In this document: positions 9,553-22,295 of the stretch, piece after piece
Position numbering within the stretch: the stretch's first letter is position 1
Layout of the letters: each line of letters opens with the position of its first letter
Assembly: GCA_029263615.1 (NCBI GenBank)
Contig: JAJUFT010000004.1
Location: 1,499-65,498 of the forward strand
Reading direction: 5' to 3'
From: Alcaligenaceae bacterium
Lineage (GTDB): Bacteria > Pseudomonadota > Gammaproteobacteria > Burkholderiales > Burkholderiaceae_B
Length of the DNA: 64,000 nt
Program-made: the position numbers and the translations under genes
The notes under the pieces: model-generated
Database searches by the model: none
Seen by the model: only the letters and a program-made list of their open reading frames with translations
What the model was told of the DNA's origin: nothing

Positions 9553-11153
9553 AACGCGCCTTGCTGCACGGCGCCGGCAGGGTGGCCTTGGGGCTGCTGT
9601 GCCTTCCTCTGCTATCGGCATGTGCCCTGGAGGCCCAGCTGCGGCAGATCGGCCAGGCGGTGAGCGATGCCGAGGTGCGGGTCGAGCGTGCACACCGGAG
9701 CTTCTCCTCAGCGAGCGAGAACGAACGTTATCGCGCGGCACAGACGGTGGCACGGCCCTGGTTGGCGGGAAAGGCTCAGCCTCTGGCGCGGGAGGTCACG
9801 CTGCCGCCAGCGCTCAGGGCCCATGTGGACACGACCCTGCTGTTCGATGAAGGGCCCGTGTCGCTGCCGCGTGTGGCGCAGCGCATCATGCGGGCCACGG
9901 GTATCCCCGTGCACGTTCGGCCCGAGTGCCTGCTTCCGCCGGATGCCTTCGTCTCGCGCCTCGCAGTGGGCGGCGGGGCCACCTCCGTGTCGGCAGGTGA
10001 CCTGGCGGTGAGCCTGGATGGCGGGCCGGAACCGCTGGCGCGCACCCTCGACCGCGTGGGCGCGAGCCTGGGGGTGCTCTGGCGCTACGACGGTGGGCGC
10101 ATCGAGTTCTATCGCACGGAAACCCGCGCTTTCGATGTGCGCATGCTCAGCCTGCAGGCTGCGGCCGATGCTTCATTGGGCCTGCAGGAAACCGCTGCGC
10201 GAGAAGGCTTTTCCACCACCTCGCGCACCGAGATCTCGCTGGGGCGACACGACCCGCTGGCCAGTGTGCGGGCACGTATCGAACCCTTCCTCTCGCGCGC
10301 CGGCATGGTGGTCGCCGAGCCTGGTGCCGCCTCCACCCTGGTGGTTCGGGACACGCCCGCGGTTCTGGCCCAGGTGGCCGAGTTCATCGAGCGCGAGAAC
10401 CGCGCCCTCACGCGTCGCGTGCGTCTGCTCTTCGAGGAGCTCACGGTGCTCACGGAAGATGATGCCGAAGCCGGGCTCGACTGGGACATGGTCTTTTCCG
10501 GTGCGCGGGCGGCGGCCCGGGCCGGCATGGCGGGGACGGCCATCAGCGGTGCCGGGGAGCTGGCCGCCTCGCTCACCGAAGGGCGGTTCTCAGGAAGCGA
10601 ACTGCTGATCCGGGCGCTGGGTCGGGTCGGGCGAGTGGTACGCCGCAACAGCCTACCCGTGCTCACGCTGAACCGGCGCCCGGTGACCCACGCGGTGCGC
10701 ACCACCTTTTCCTACATAGATAAAGTCGAAACATTGACTCAGCGAGGGCTGCTCGATACCAGTCTGCCTTCCGTGTCCGTGAGTCAGAAGGAGGAAACCG
10801 TCGGTTCCCTCATCACCCTGGTGCCCGATGCCCAGGAAGACGGTCAGGTCCTGCTGTCGGTGGCCTATGACAATACAGTCGCCCAGCCACTCAAATCCGT
10901 CACGTTCGGTTCCGGCGACAACCCGCTGCAACTGCAGCAGATCACCATTGACGGCAATGGGACGGTTCAGCAGGTGGCGCTGATGCCGGGCCAGCCCTTG
11001 TTGATATCCGGCTTTGACCGCAGCCGTCAGGAATCGGCCTCGCGCCGGCTCAACCCCGGTCTGCCGTTGGCATTGGGCGGCAGCGACCGCGCCAGCGGGC
11101 ACCGGTTGACGACGGTCATGGTGGTGACTGCGCACGTCGAGGAGGGGTTCTGA
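9549..11153 (+). CDS. pilN: Type IVb pilus secretin lipoprotein (PilN/BfpB family)
   Basis: Lipobox LSAC, ARPWLAG, VVRDTPAVLAQV and a secretin C-domain (LTLNRRP, GQPLLISGF). ATGA overlap with the upstream gene. Confidence 0.8.
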   Translation: MKRALLHGAGRVALGLLCLPLLSACALEAQLRQIGQAVSDAEVRVERAHRSFSSASENERYRAAQTVARPWLAGKAQPLAREVTLPPALRAHVDTTLLFDEGPVSLPRVAQRIMRATGIPVHVRPECLLPPDAFVSRLAVGGGATSVSAGDLAVSLDGGPEPLARTLDRVGASLGVLWRYDGGRIEFYRTETRAFDVRMLSLQAAADASLGLQETAAREGFSTTSRTEISLGRHDPLASVRARIEPFLSRAGMVVAEPGAASTLVVRDTPAVLAQVAEFIERENRALTRRVRLLFEELTVLTEDDAEAGLDWDMVFSGARAAARAGMAGTAISGAGELAASLTEGRFSGSELLIRALGRVGRVVRRNSLPVLTLNRRPVTHAVRTTFSYIDKVETLTQRGLLDTSLPSVSVSQKEETVGSLITLVPDAQEDGQVLLSVAYDNTVAQPLKSVTFGSGDNPLQLQQITIDGNGTVQQVALMPGQPLLISGFDRSRQESASRRLNPGLPLALGGSDRASGHRLTTVMVVTAHVEEGF

Positions 11154-11157
11154 CGCC

Positions 11158-12498
11158 ATGGTGACATGCACGGGTCAGCTTCTGCAGTACAAGGGTCGGT
11201 CGTTGGTGGTCGGGATGGAATGGTTCCCTTTGTTGGGTGATCACCCTGAACGGCAGGCCCGCGCGCTCGCCCGGCGTCGAGGTGCCGCCCATTGGGCCTG
11301 CACGGCGGGCGCCGCTGCGTCGGCGGGTGTGCTGGCCACCCGTCTGCGCCAGGGGCGCGGGCGGCAGGTCGGCAGCGCCGCGGCAGCTTTCGCGAATGTG
11401 CACCCGGTCGGCACCGTGGCGGCGGTGGTTCCCCTTCCGGGTGAGCGCATCTGGCTGGTGGCCGTGCACGAGGGCGCCGTCATGGCGCGCACTGATCAGC
11501 TGCACGAGGATCCGGCCGCGGTGCACGAACGACTCGAAACCTTGTGGCAGGCGCATCCCGGGATGGTGCTGCTGGACGAACGCCGAGACCCTTCCGGGCT
11601 TCTCGAGGCGCTCTTTCAGCTCGACGACGCAGGTGTGGCGCTGCGACACCGCCGAGGTTCCACCTCGCGCGGGCTCCTGCTCACGACTGTGCTGCTGAGC
11701 CTGTCCGCCGGGCTGGGGCGCGTTCTGCTGGCAGGAGAGCCGCCGCGCCCCCACGTGACCGATCCGGTTGCGGCCTGGCAGGCCGCAACCTCCGCAGCAA
11801 CAAGGGGGGTCCCGGTCCAGGGGGCCGGCGGCCTCAAGTCTTTGCTCGACGGTCTGATGGCGCAGCCGGTTCAGCTGGCCGGATGGTCGCTCGGCAAGGT
11901 GGAATGCGAGCCCGGCGCGGTGCGCTGGCGCTGTCGATCCACCTGGCGGCGGGAAAAGGGCGGCGACAACCGCAGCCTTGAAGCGGCGGCCCCCGCAGAC
12001 TGGGCGCTGTCCTTCGATCCGCTGGATGGCGCCACCGCCACCTGGGAGGCGCCCATGCCCGCGGTGCCGTTGAACGTCGTCACGTTGCGCCGGGCGACCC
12101 ATAATCAGACTCAGCTGGTCAGTGCACTGCAGGCCATGCGCCCGGCCTTTCTGCAGCTGAAGATCGAAGCGCCCCGGCCTCTGCCCGTCACGGCGCCCCT
12201 GGATGCGGACCAGCGCCCCATTGCTCGTCCACGAGGGGTGGATGTCATCCAGCAGCGGGCGGTGCGCCTGCGGGCTCCCTTGCGTTCACTCACCCTTCTG
12301 CTGCCCGAGACGCGTCACATGAGCTGGGAACGGGTGGTGATGGCGGTCGACCGGATCGATCACCCCACTTTATTGAACAGTGCGCTGACCCTTTCCATGT
12401 CGGGAGTGCTCTATGAACTGGAAGATGACGTTCCTCCTTCTCCTGCCGCTGCTGACGGTGCTTCCCGATCGGGCCCTGGGCGGGGCGCAGGCCGATGA
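11158..12498 (+). CDS. pilO: Type IVb pilus accessory protein (PilO2 family)
   Basis: LVVGMEWFPL N-terminus, one central TM segment, GWSLGKVEC motif, and position after the secretin. Confidence 0.7.
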   Translation: MVTCTGQLLQYKGRSLVVGMEWFPLLGDHPERQARALARRRGAAHWACTAGAAASAGVLATRLRQGRGRQVGSAAAAFANVHPVGTVAAVVPLPGERIWLVAVHEGAVMARTDQLHEDPAAVHERLETLWQAHPGMVLLDERRDPSGLLEALFQLDDAGVALRHRRGSTSRGLLLTTVLLSLSAGLGRVLLAGEPPRPHVTDPVAAWQAATSAATRGVPVQGAGGLKSLLDGLMAQPVQLAGWSLGKVECEPGAVRWRCRSTWRREKGGDNRSLEAAAPADWALSFDPLDGATATWEAPMPAVPLNVVTLRRATHNQTQLVSALQAMRPAFLQLKIEAPRPLPVTAPLDADQRPIARPRGVDVIQQRAVRLRAPLRSLTLLLPETRHMSWERVVMAVDRIDHPTLLNSALTLSMSGVLYELEDDVPPSPAAADGASRSGPGRGAGR

Positions 12499-12862
12499 AT
12501 CGCACGACTCGTTCACGGTGAGGGAACTCATGCGCCTGGAGTCCGAAGCCGCCCTGCAAGCGCTGCGCCGTGGCCGAACGCCCGGCGCCCCTGGCCCGCG
12601 GGGGCCTCTCGCACCCGCACCGCAGGCCGGTGAGGAGGCCTTGCGGCTGGTGGGTATCTATGGCGTGGGGAAACGACTGTTTGCCGAAGTGCGGGCGGGC
12701 TCCCAGGGCTGGGTCTTTTTGCGGGGTCAGCCCCTGCCCTTGGGTCACACGGCCTCCAGCACGGCCCTCAGGCTCAGGGAGCTCTCCGGCGCGTGTGTCC
12801 GCCTGGTGCGTCAGGAAGAAGACATTCACCTGTGTCTGCCACGGGGAGGGAGATCGGGATGA
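12413..12862 (+). CDS. Type IVb pilus periplasmic protein (PilP-like)
   Basis: Signal peptide, TVRELMRLE and LRLVGIYGVG motifs; lies between pilO and the ATPase. Confidence 0.6.
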   Translation: MNWKMTFLLLLPLLTVLPDRALGGAQADESHDSFTVRELMRLESEAALQALRRGRTPGAPGPRGPLAPAPQAGEEALRLVGIYGVGKRLFAEVRAGSQGWVFLRGQPLPLGHTASSTALRLRELSGACVRLVRQEEDIHLCLPRGGRSG

Positions 12863-14559
12863 TGCCTTGGCTGCCTTTCATGCGGTCCGCGCGCCCCTTG
12901 ACGCCCGCGCCGACCTTGCACGATGTCGGCCCTCAGGGGACGTATGCGGCGGCGCAGGCGGTGGTGCTGCCCGATACCGAGGCGCTGCTCGCCATGAAGC
13001 CTGGCCTACGGCGGTCATTGAGTGCCCGATTCGGCGTGCAGGGCCTTGCTGCGCGGCTTTGCCCGGTCGAGCTGGAAGACGGCTCGGTGGCGATTTTCGC
13101 GCTGGCCGAGCATGTGGCCAGTGATCAGGCCGACGAACTCGCCCGGCGCATTGCTCTTGCGGGCCTGCGTGCCGCGGAACCGCCTCGCTACATTCTTCAT
13201 GCCAGCTTGCTGCTGGCGGTGGCGCGCGACGCCTTCGGCCGGCAGGGCGGCGCAGCCGATAACCCGATCGCACGAGGCGCGCTGGCTGAAGCGTTCCACG
13301 AACTGGTGGAATGGGGCGTGACCAAGGGGGCCAGCGATCTGCACCTGAACGTCCGGCTGGATGCGCCCGAGTCCGAGATCAAATACACCATCTGCGGGCG
13401 TTATCTGGCCCCGGAGTGCTTCAGGCGCATGCCGACCGGCATGTTGATGGAGATGCTGTCGGTGGCCTGGATGGACATTTCCGGCGGCAACGGCGCCGTG
13501 TTTGATCCCCGGGCCGAACAGCAGGGCAGCCTGTCGCGCCGTTATGCCGGTCGCGAGATCATGTTGCGATGGGCCTCCATGGCCTCGGAGCGCGGGCCGA
13601 GCGTCTGTCTGCGCATTCTCGAGAAGAACCGGCTGGCGGACATTCCGCCCCTGGAGGCCCTGGGCTATTGTTCCGAGCAGATCACTTTGCTGGAACAGTC
13701 GCTGGCGGGCAGTGGGGGTGCGGTGGTGTTCGCCGGGACGGTGGGATCGGGGAAGTCCACCACCCTTGCGTCCCTGATCGCCCGTCTGCCCGCCGAGCGC
13801 AAGGTGGTGACCATCGAGGATCCCGTCGAGTACACCATCCCCGGCGCCATCCAGAACTCGGTGGCGCGCCGGCTGGACACCGAGGCCCATGACGCCTTTG
13901 CCACCAAGTTGCGCGCGCTCAAGCGTTCCGCCATGAGCGATGTGCTTCTGGGCGAAGTGCGTGACCGCGAAACCGGCCGGGCGTTCATGGACTTGAGTGG
14001 CTCCGGGGTCAATGTCTACACCACGGTACATGCGCCTTCCGTCACGCTGGTCGTGGAGCGGCTGGCTTCCGATTTCATCGGGGTCTGTCGCGATTTTCTT
14101 GCCATGCCCGGTGCCCTGAAGCTTCTGGTGTGGCAGGCTTTGCTGCCGCGCCTGTGCAGCTGCGCGCGGGTACTGGTCCATGAGGCGCGGCACCGGAACA
14201 ACGTGGCGCAGCGTCTGCGCGGCCTGGAAGCCAGTTTTCCGGGGCCGGTCGAAACGCTGCGCATTCGCAACCCGGATGGCTGCTCTCGGTGTCGCGCGCA
14301 GGGCCTGCCGGAACTCCATGGTTACGACGGGCGTTCCGTGGTGGCCGAGATGCTGGTGCCCGGGCTGGTTCCGGCTTTTTCCGACTGGGTGAGGTCAAGA
14401 GGGCGGGGCACGGCTCCGCAACCCGCTCGCTCTGCCATGGCTGTCGCGATGGACGCGGCCTATCGCGGGGTGTTCGACCCCGGCGACATCGAGGAGCGTT
14501 TCCATTCTTTCGAGATGGAATGCCGCCTGCGTGCCGTTCGGAAAATGGGGGCGTCATGA
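12859..14559 (+). CDS. pilQ: Pilus assembly ATPase (PilQ/GspE family)
   Basis: GASDLH, Walker A GTVGSGKST, TIEDPVE Asp box, LLGEVRD, TTVHA His box and a CxC...CxxC zinc motif. Confidence 0.88.
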   Translation: MMPWLPFMRSARPLTPAPTLHDVGPQGTYAAAQAVVLPDTEALLAMKPGLRRSLSARFGVQGLAARLCPVELEDGSVAIFALAEHVASDQADELARRIALAGLRAAEPPRYILHASLLLAVARDAFGRQGGAADNPIARGALAEAFHELVEWGVTKGASDLHLNVRLDAPESEIKYTICGRYLAPECFRRMPTGMLMEMLSVAWMDISGGNGAVFDPRAEQQGSLSRRYAGREIMLRWASMASERGPSVCLRILEKNRLADIPPLEALGYCSEQITLLEQSLAGSGGAVVFAGTVGSGKSTTLASLIARLPAERKVVTIEDPVEYTIPGAIQNSVARRLDTEAHDAFATKLRALKRSAMSDVLLGEVRDRETGRAFMDLSGSGVNVYTTVHAPSVTLVVERLASDFIGVCRDFLAMPGALKLLVWQALLPRLCSCARVLVHEARHRNNVAQRLRGLEASFPGPVETLRIRNPDGCSRCRAQGLPELHGYDGRSVVAEMLVPGLVPAFSDWVRSRGRGTAPQPARSAMAVAMDAAYRGVFDPGDIEERFHSFEMECRLRAVRKMGAS

Positions 14560-15716
14560 GTCTCCCCCACATCATGAAACGCAACCGCAACGACCATCGC
14601 GCCCCTCTCCTCTCTCAAGCGGCGCACGCCCTGCGTCTGGCGGTGGACGCCCGGGTTTTCAACCGGAACCGACAGGTGTACTACGACTATTTGTCGGCGC
14701 TGCTGCAGGGCACCGAAGGCGGGCTCACCCTCAAGCAGATTTTTGCAGCCGATGCGAGACGCCATGGCACCCGTTCGGCGCGGGGCAGGCTGTCGCGGCG
14801 CTGGCTGCACCTGTTTCAGGCAGCAGGCGGCGACCTCGCGGCGACCTGGGCCGGCGTCTTCCCGGAGGCCGAGCTGGCCCTGCTGCGGAATGCTCAGGCG
14901 CGGGGCAATGAAACCCTGAATGCCACCTTCTCCGAGCTGGCGCATGTGCTGGCCGTCCTGGAAGCGGGGCGGCGCATTCTGCAGGTCACGCTTCTTGCCG
15001 CGGTCGTGGCGTTCACGACGCTGCTGGTCACCGTGATGGCCGTGCCCGCCCTGACCGTGCCCCGTCTGCGGGACACCTTCGCCGCAATTCCGCCGGAATA
15101 TCACGGCCAGGCCATGCGCGGGCTGGTGGGCTTCGCCGAAGTGCTGGGCCGGGGCTGGCCGCTGATCGTGCCGCTGCTCATGGGGCTGTTCGCGCTCGCG
15201 CTGATGTCATTCCGACGTTACACGGGCCCTTTGCGTGCGGGGCTGGACACCTTCGGGCCCTGGCGGGTCTATCGGCAGATTCAGACGCTGCGATTCCTGG
15301 CACTCTTGGCGGTGGCCTTGGGCCGGGGCGAGCATGGCGTCACACGGTTGCGCGATGCGCTGCAGTTGCAGTTGGCGGGGGCGTCGCCCTGGCTGGGCTT
15401 TCATCTGCGCACCATGCTAGAGAACATTGAGTCAGGCCGAACCGGGGCGGTCCTCTTCGATACTGGTCTGCTCGAGTCTGAACACCTCTGGTTTCTGGAT
15501 GACATGCTGGTCGCACGCGGGCTGGTGGAAGGCTTGCGGCGCACCGCCAGCTGGGTGGAACGACAGCTTCTGGACACCGTCACGCGGCAGGCGGCCACCT
15601 TGAGATGGTGTTTGCTGCTCAGCGCCGTGGCGGGCGTTCTTTCGATTGCCTTGTGGCATTACGCCGCGCTGGACGAACTGCGCCGGGGTCTGGCGCTGTT
15701 TCACGCCAGCCAATGA
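14556..15716 (+). CDS. pilR: Pilus inner-membrane platform protein (PilR/GspF family)
   Basis: Three TM segments with GspF-like spacing; ATGA-coupled to the ATPase. Confidence 0.75.
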   Translation: MSLPHIMKRNRNDHRAPLLSQAAHALRLAVDARVFNRNRQVYYDYLSALLQGTEGGLTLKQIFAADARRHGTRSARGRLSRRWLHLFQAAGGDLAATWAGVFPEAELALLRNAQARGNETLNATFSELAHVLAVLEAGRRILQVTLLAAVVAFTTLLVTVMAVPALTVPRLRDTFAAIPPEYHGQAMRGLVGFAEVLGRGWPLIVPLLMGLFALALMSFRRYTGPLRAGLDTFGPWRVYRQIQTLRFLALLAVALGRGEHGVTRLRDALQLQLAGASPWLGFHLRTMLENIESGRTGAVLFDTGLLESEHLWFLDDMLVARGLVEGLRRTASWVERQLLDTVTRQAATLRWCLLLSAVAGVLSIALWHYAALDELRRGLALFHASQ

Positions 15717-15746
15717 ACCCATGGGAACTTCACTCTGGAGACGATC

Positions 15747-16418
15747 ATGATGGAACACACCTGCCTTCCGACTCCTGCGACCCTTGTCGCCTCGACCGCG
15801 CAGCACTCTCCGGCTGCGTCGCATGCGGGGGCGGCACCCACCCCTCCCTCCATGCCAGACCACCCGTCGTCGTCCGGTCAGGGCGGCTTCTCACTGGTGG
15901 AAGTGTCCATCGTCATGGCCATTGTCCTTCTTCTGGCCATCATCGCCATCCCGACCGTGCGCAATTACGTGATCGAGAGCCGCGTACCGAAAGTAGGGGA
16001 GGAACTCGCCCGTTACATCATGCACACCCGGATCAACGCGGCCAGCGGCAGTGCCACTCCCTACAGCGGAATCGCCATGAGCAGTCTGGCCAACATGATG
16101 CGAGGTTCGGGCATCCTCACGGTGACGGCGGGAAGCGGCGGGAGCGAAAGCGTGCGCCACGGGCTGGGTTCCGATGGAGAAGTCACCGTGGAGGCCGTCG
16201 GGTCGGGCGCTGCGTTCTCCATCACGCTGTCCAAGGTCAACCATGCGGCCTGCCCTTCGATCGCTTCCGTGCTGCAGCGGCTGGCAGACACGGTCACGGT
16301 GGTGGCCGAGGGCGTGAGCACCCCGGTGAAGGGGGCCAGTAGCACCTACAACGCGGTGGAAACCGAAAAGGCTTGCAAGGATGGCGACGTCAATGCCTTC
16401 ACGTTCACGGTGAGCTGA
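15747..16418 (+). CDS. pilS: Type IVb major prepilin (PilS-like)
   Basis: G|FSLVE cleavage motif at 15888 followed by a hydrophobic helix, C-terminal Cys pair (AACPS...KACKDG), and a GGAG RBS. Confidence 0.82.
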   Translation: MMEHTCLPTPATLVASTAQHSPAASHAGAAPTPPSMPDHPSSSGQGGFSLVEVSIVMAIVLLLAIIAIPTVRNYVIESRVPKVGEELARYIMHTRINAASGSATPYSGIAMSSLANMMRGSGILTVTAGSGGSESVRHGLGSDGEVTVEAVGSGAAFSITLSKVNHAACPSIASVLQRLADTVTVVAEGVSTPVKGASSTYNAVETEKACKDGDVNAFTFTVS

Positions 16419-16419
16419 G

Positions 16420-17478
16420 GTGGGCGGAGCACACCAGGCGTCGTCCGGGCAGGGCGGTTTCGCGCTGGTCGAGCTGACCCTTGCCCTGCTGATTGCCCTG
16501 CTTGTGGCCGTGCTGGGGATGCGCAGCTGGGTGAATCAGGTGAACGACGCGCAGGCACGCGCCGCTGCCGTCTGGATGGAGACCGTGCACAAGGCGGTAC
16601 TGGCGTATCTCCAGCGGCATGGGCCGGACATTCAGGAAGCCGCAAGTCACGACGCCCTGGCTGGCGCCGGTTACCAGGACTGGCGCGCGCCGACCTTGGC
16701 GGAACTGGCTGCCGCGGGCCTGCTGGCGTCGGGCATGCCGCATACCGTCAGACTGACGGGCGGCGCGCGCATTCATGTTTGGCGGTCCGGCGAGTGCCCC
16801 GGGGACGCCTGCACCGTGGAAGCCCTGATCCATGGCGAGCAGCCCCTGCTCGACGCGCATGCGCAGGTGGACGAGGCCATGGTGGCGCAATGGCTGCTGG
16901 CAGCACAAGGGGAGGGCGCCGCCGTCCATCCCGGTGAGCCCGGGCGTCTTCGGGGCACCCGGTTTTCCGTGAACAGCACTTTGCCTGATGGCAGCGTGCT
17001 TCCCCCGGGAACGGTCGGCATGGCGGTCACGGCCGAGCATCAGGCACTGTGGAGCTATTTGCGTGTGGGCGACCGGCGCGATCCGGATTTTCAGGGCGAT
17101 CTCAGCTTGGCCGGCGACGTGATGGCCGGGGGCAGCGGTACGGTGGGCGGTCACCTGAGGATCGGCGCCGAGGCCGTCATGAATGCCCCCTGCCAGCCGG
17201 ATCGGGCGATTGTCCAGCGCGACGCGGGAGGCTTGCTGACTTGCCGTCAGGGGCGGTGGCGTCCGGCAGGGCAGTTTGGCGGCGCTTTTGCCTACAACCA
17301 CCCCTTCGGCTGCCAGAATGCGGAGGGCGTCCCGACCGCCAACCTGCTCACGGGCGGCTGCAGCTGTGCCCGCGGCACCACACCGATCATGGTCTACGAC
17401 GCCGGCGAGCAGGCCGCCCAACCCCAGCCCGGCCAGCCCTTTCTGGGGCGTCAGAGCGTTTATATATGTATCGGGTGA
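16420..17478 (+). CDS. pilV: Minor prepilin / tip adhesin (PilV-like)
   Basis: G|FALVE prepilin motif, LLTCRQGRW junction motif and a Cys-rich C-terminus (NLLTGGCSC). Confidence 0.75.
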   Translation: MGGAHQASSGQGGFALVELTLALLIALLVAVLGMRSWVNQVNDAQARAAAVWMETVHKAVLAYLQRHGPDIQEAASHDALAGAGYQDWRAPTLAELAAAGLLASGMPHTVRLTGGARIHVWRSGECPGDACTVEALIHGEQPLLDAHAQVDEAMVAQWLLAAQGEGAAVHPGEPGRLRGTRFSVNSTLPDGSVLPPGTVGMAVTAEHQALWSYLRVGDRRDPDFQGDLSLAGDVMAGGSGTVGGHLRIGAEAVMNAPCQPDRAIVQRDAGGLLTCRQGRWRPAGQFGGAFAYNHPFGCQNAEGVPTANLLTGGCSCARGTTPIMVYDAGEQAAQPQPGQPFLGRQSVYICIG

Positions 17479-17522
17479 TCACGTATAATGAGCGGTTCCG
17501 CATGGACCAAGCCCATTTTGCA

Positions 17523-20155
<2,633 letters not shown>

Positions 20156-20159
<4 letters not shown>

Positions 20160-20416
20160 GCACAGAGTGGTCCCCCGAGGGCGGCTTTCCGGCCGCCCAG
20201 ATGGAAATCGATGCTTCGGGCCTGAAATGCCCATTGCCCATCCTGCGTGCCAAGAAGGCATTGGCTCAGATGGAGTCCGGCCAGGTGCTCAAGGTGGTCA
20301 CCACCGACACTCATGCCGAGCGTGATTTTCAGGCATTCTGCAAACAGACGGGCAATGCCCTCCTGTTGCAGAGTGCCCAGGGAGATGCCCTATGGCATTT
20401 CCTGAAGCGGCGTTGA
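20156..20416 (+). CDS. TusA/SirA-family sulfurtransferase
   Basis: [13 protein letters not shown] motif. Confidence 0.9.
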
Positions 20417-20543
20417 GCAATCCCCTGCGCCGCCTTTGTTGTATCTTGGGCAGACAGGCGTCTGCCCACCCTCCGTTCGTTGCTGTAGGGTAGCGAACAA
20501 TGCTAGAATTCTCTGTTTTTCACAACACTCTCAAAGGATTACC

Positions 20544-20801
20544 ATGGTTGTAATTCGTCTGGCCCGCGGCGGCTCGAAGAAGCGCCCCTTCTACAATGTT
20601 GTTGCTGCTGACTCGCGCAACCGTCGCGATGGTCGTTTCATTGAACGTTTGGGCTTTTACAACCCCGTCGGCAAGGATGGCGTCGAGAACCTGCGTCTGG
20701 CTCAGGATCGCGTCAACTACTGGATCGAGAAGGGCGCACAAATGTCGCCTGCCGTCGCTCGTCTGGTCAAGGAATATACCGCTGCCCAAACTGCAGCCTG
20801 A
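20544..20801 (+). CDS. rpsP: 30S ribosomal protein S16
   Basis: [17 protein letters not shown]...[14 protein letters not shown]. Confidence 0.97.
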   Translation: MVVIRLARGGSKKRPFYNVVAADSRNRRDGRFIERLGFYNPVGKDGVENLRLAQDRVNYWIEKGAQMSPAVARLVKEYTAAQTAA

Positions 20802-20824
20802 GCGCTGTTGCGTACAGGGCAGGC

Positions 20825-21448
20825 ATGACGCGGTCTCAAGACAGCACTGCAGAGGCAGTGCCGCATGATCTGGTCGAACTCGGCCGCGTGAGCGGCGCCT
20901 ACGGGATCCGGGGCTGGGTGAAGGTCCAACCCCATGCGGCAGGCTCTGCCGCTTTGTTGAAAGCGCGCACCTGGTGGCTGCGCCGTCCGCTTGCGCCTGC
21001 TCAAACTGGCGAGCTCCCGGCTCCGTGGGCCGTGAAGGTCGTCAAGAGCCGGACGCAAGGCAGCACCATCGTCGGCAGTTTCGAAGGCATGGAAGATCGT
21101 TCCGAAGCGGAGAAGTTGCGCGGGTGCACCGTATGGGTGTCACGCGCAATGTTCCCTTCCGTCGACGATGACGAATATTATTGGGTCGATCTGATCGGCT
21201 GTACGCTGTACGGCGAACAGGACGGCCAACCGGTCTTGCTGGGCGTCGTTGAGAACATCATGGACAACGGCGTTCATGCGGTGTTGCGCGTGATGCGCCA
21301 AATGCATGACGAACACGGAGCCGTGCAGCCGCTGCTGGATGAAAAGGGGCGGCAGCAGGAAACCCTCGTTCCCTTCGTGGCGGCACACGTGCACACGGTC
21401 GATCTCGAGAATCGTCGGCTCGAAAGCAACTGGCCGGTCGATTTCTGA
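20825..21448 (+). CDS. rimM: Ribosome maturation factor RimM
   Basis: [11 protein letters not shown] and [10 protein letters not shown] motifs; synteny with rpsP and trmD. Confidence 0.93.
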   Translation: MTRSQDSTAEAVPHDLVELGRVSGAYGIRGWVKVQPHAAGSAALLKARTWWLRRPLAPAQTGELPAPWAVKVVKSRTQGSTIVGSFEGMEDRSEAEKLRGCTVWVSRAMFPSVDDDEYYWVDLIGCTLYGEQDGQPVLLGVVENIMDNGVHAVLRVMRQMHDEHGAVQPLLDEKGRQQETLVPFVAAHVHTVDLENRRLESNWPVDF

Positions 21449-21464
21449 CCTTCAGGCGCCGCGC

Positions 21465-22259
21465 ATGCGCATCGACATCCTTTCTCTTTTCCCCGAAATG
21501 TTCACCGTGGTGGGTGATCTGGGGGTGACCGGGCGTGCCCGGCGGCTGGGCCTTTGGTCCATGCACCTCTGGAATCCCCGCGACTACACGGAAGACGTCC
21601 ACCGCACGGTGGACGATCGTCCGTACGGGGGCGGGCCCGGCATGGTGATGCTGGCCGAACCTCTGGAACGGGCGCTCGACGATGCTCTGGCGTCCCGTCG
21701 CACTGAAGCCCTGGCGTCCCGCCAGAGTGAAGACGAATCCGTGGCCGCGGTCCCCGTCATTCTCATGAGCCCCACGGGGCGCCGCTTCGATCAGGGGGTG
21801 GCGCAGGCGCTGGCGGATAGCCCCGGCGCGGTCTTCGTGTGTGGGCGATATGAAGGCATTGATCAGCGGTTCATCGATCGTTGCATCACCCACGAAATCT
21901 CGCTGGGCGATTTTGTCCTGTCTGGTGGGGAACTGGCGGCCATGGCCTGCATTGATGCGGCCGTGCGGCTTCTGCCGGGCGCGTTGAATGACGGCGACTC
22001 GGCGCGTCAGGATTCGTTCAACGAAGCCACCAGCGGCCTGCTCGACAGCCCCCATTACACCCGACCCGAGGTTTACCACGGAATGGAAGTGCCGGAAGTC
22101 CTGCGTTCGGGTCATCACGCAAACATCGCGCGCTGGCGCCGAGAGCAATCCTTGGCGCTCACGGCAGCGCGCCGCCCCGACCTCATTGAAGAAGCGCGGC
22201 GTCAGGGGCGGTTGAGCAAGAAGGATGAAGCCTTCCTGCAGTCCCTGGCCACGCGTTGA
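21465..22259 (+). CDS. trmD: tRNA (guanine37-N1)-methyltransferase
   Basis: [21 protein letters not shown] and [11 protein letters not shown] motifs. ATG at 21465. Confidence 0.96.
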   Translation: MRIDILSLFPEMFTVVGDLGVTGRARRLGLWSMHLWNPRDYTEDVHRTVDDRPYGGGPGMVMLAEPLERALDDALASRRTEALASRQSEDESVAAVPVILMSPTGRRFDQGVAQALADSPGAVFVCGRYEGIDQRFIDRCITHEISLGDFVLSGGELAAMACIDAAVRLLPGALNDGDSARQDSFNEATSGLLDSPHYTRPEVYHGMEVPEVLRSGHHANIARWRREQSLALTAARRPDLIEEARRQGRLSKKDEAFLQSLATR

Positions 22260-22295
22260 CGCGTCCCGTTTCAGCGGATCATGCCTTGTTCGCAT

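Noticed and set aside
17049-17522. 158-aa N-terminal extension of AlaS in the ORF track
   Set aside because: It overlaps pilV in another frame. The conserved AlaS start is MKTSEIR at 17523, with its own TATAAT upstream.
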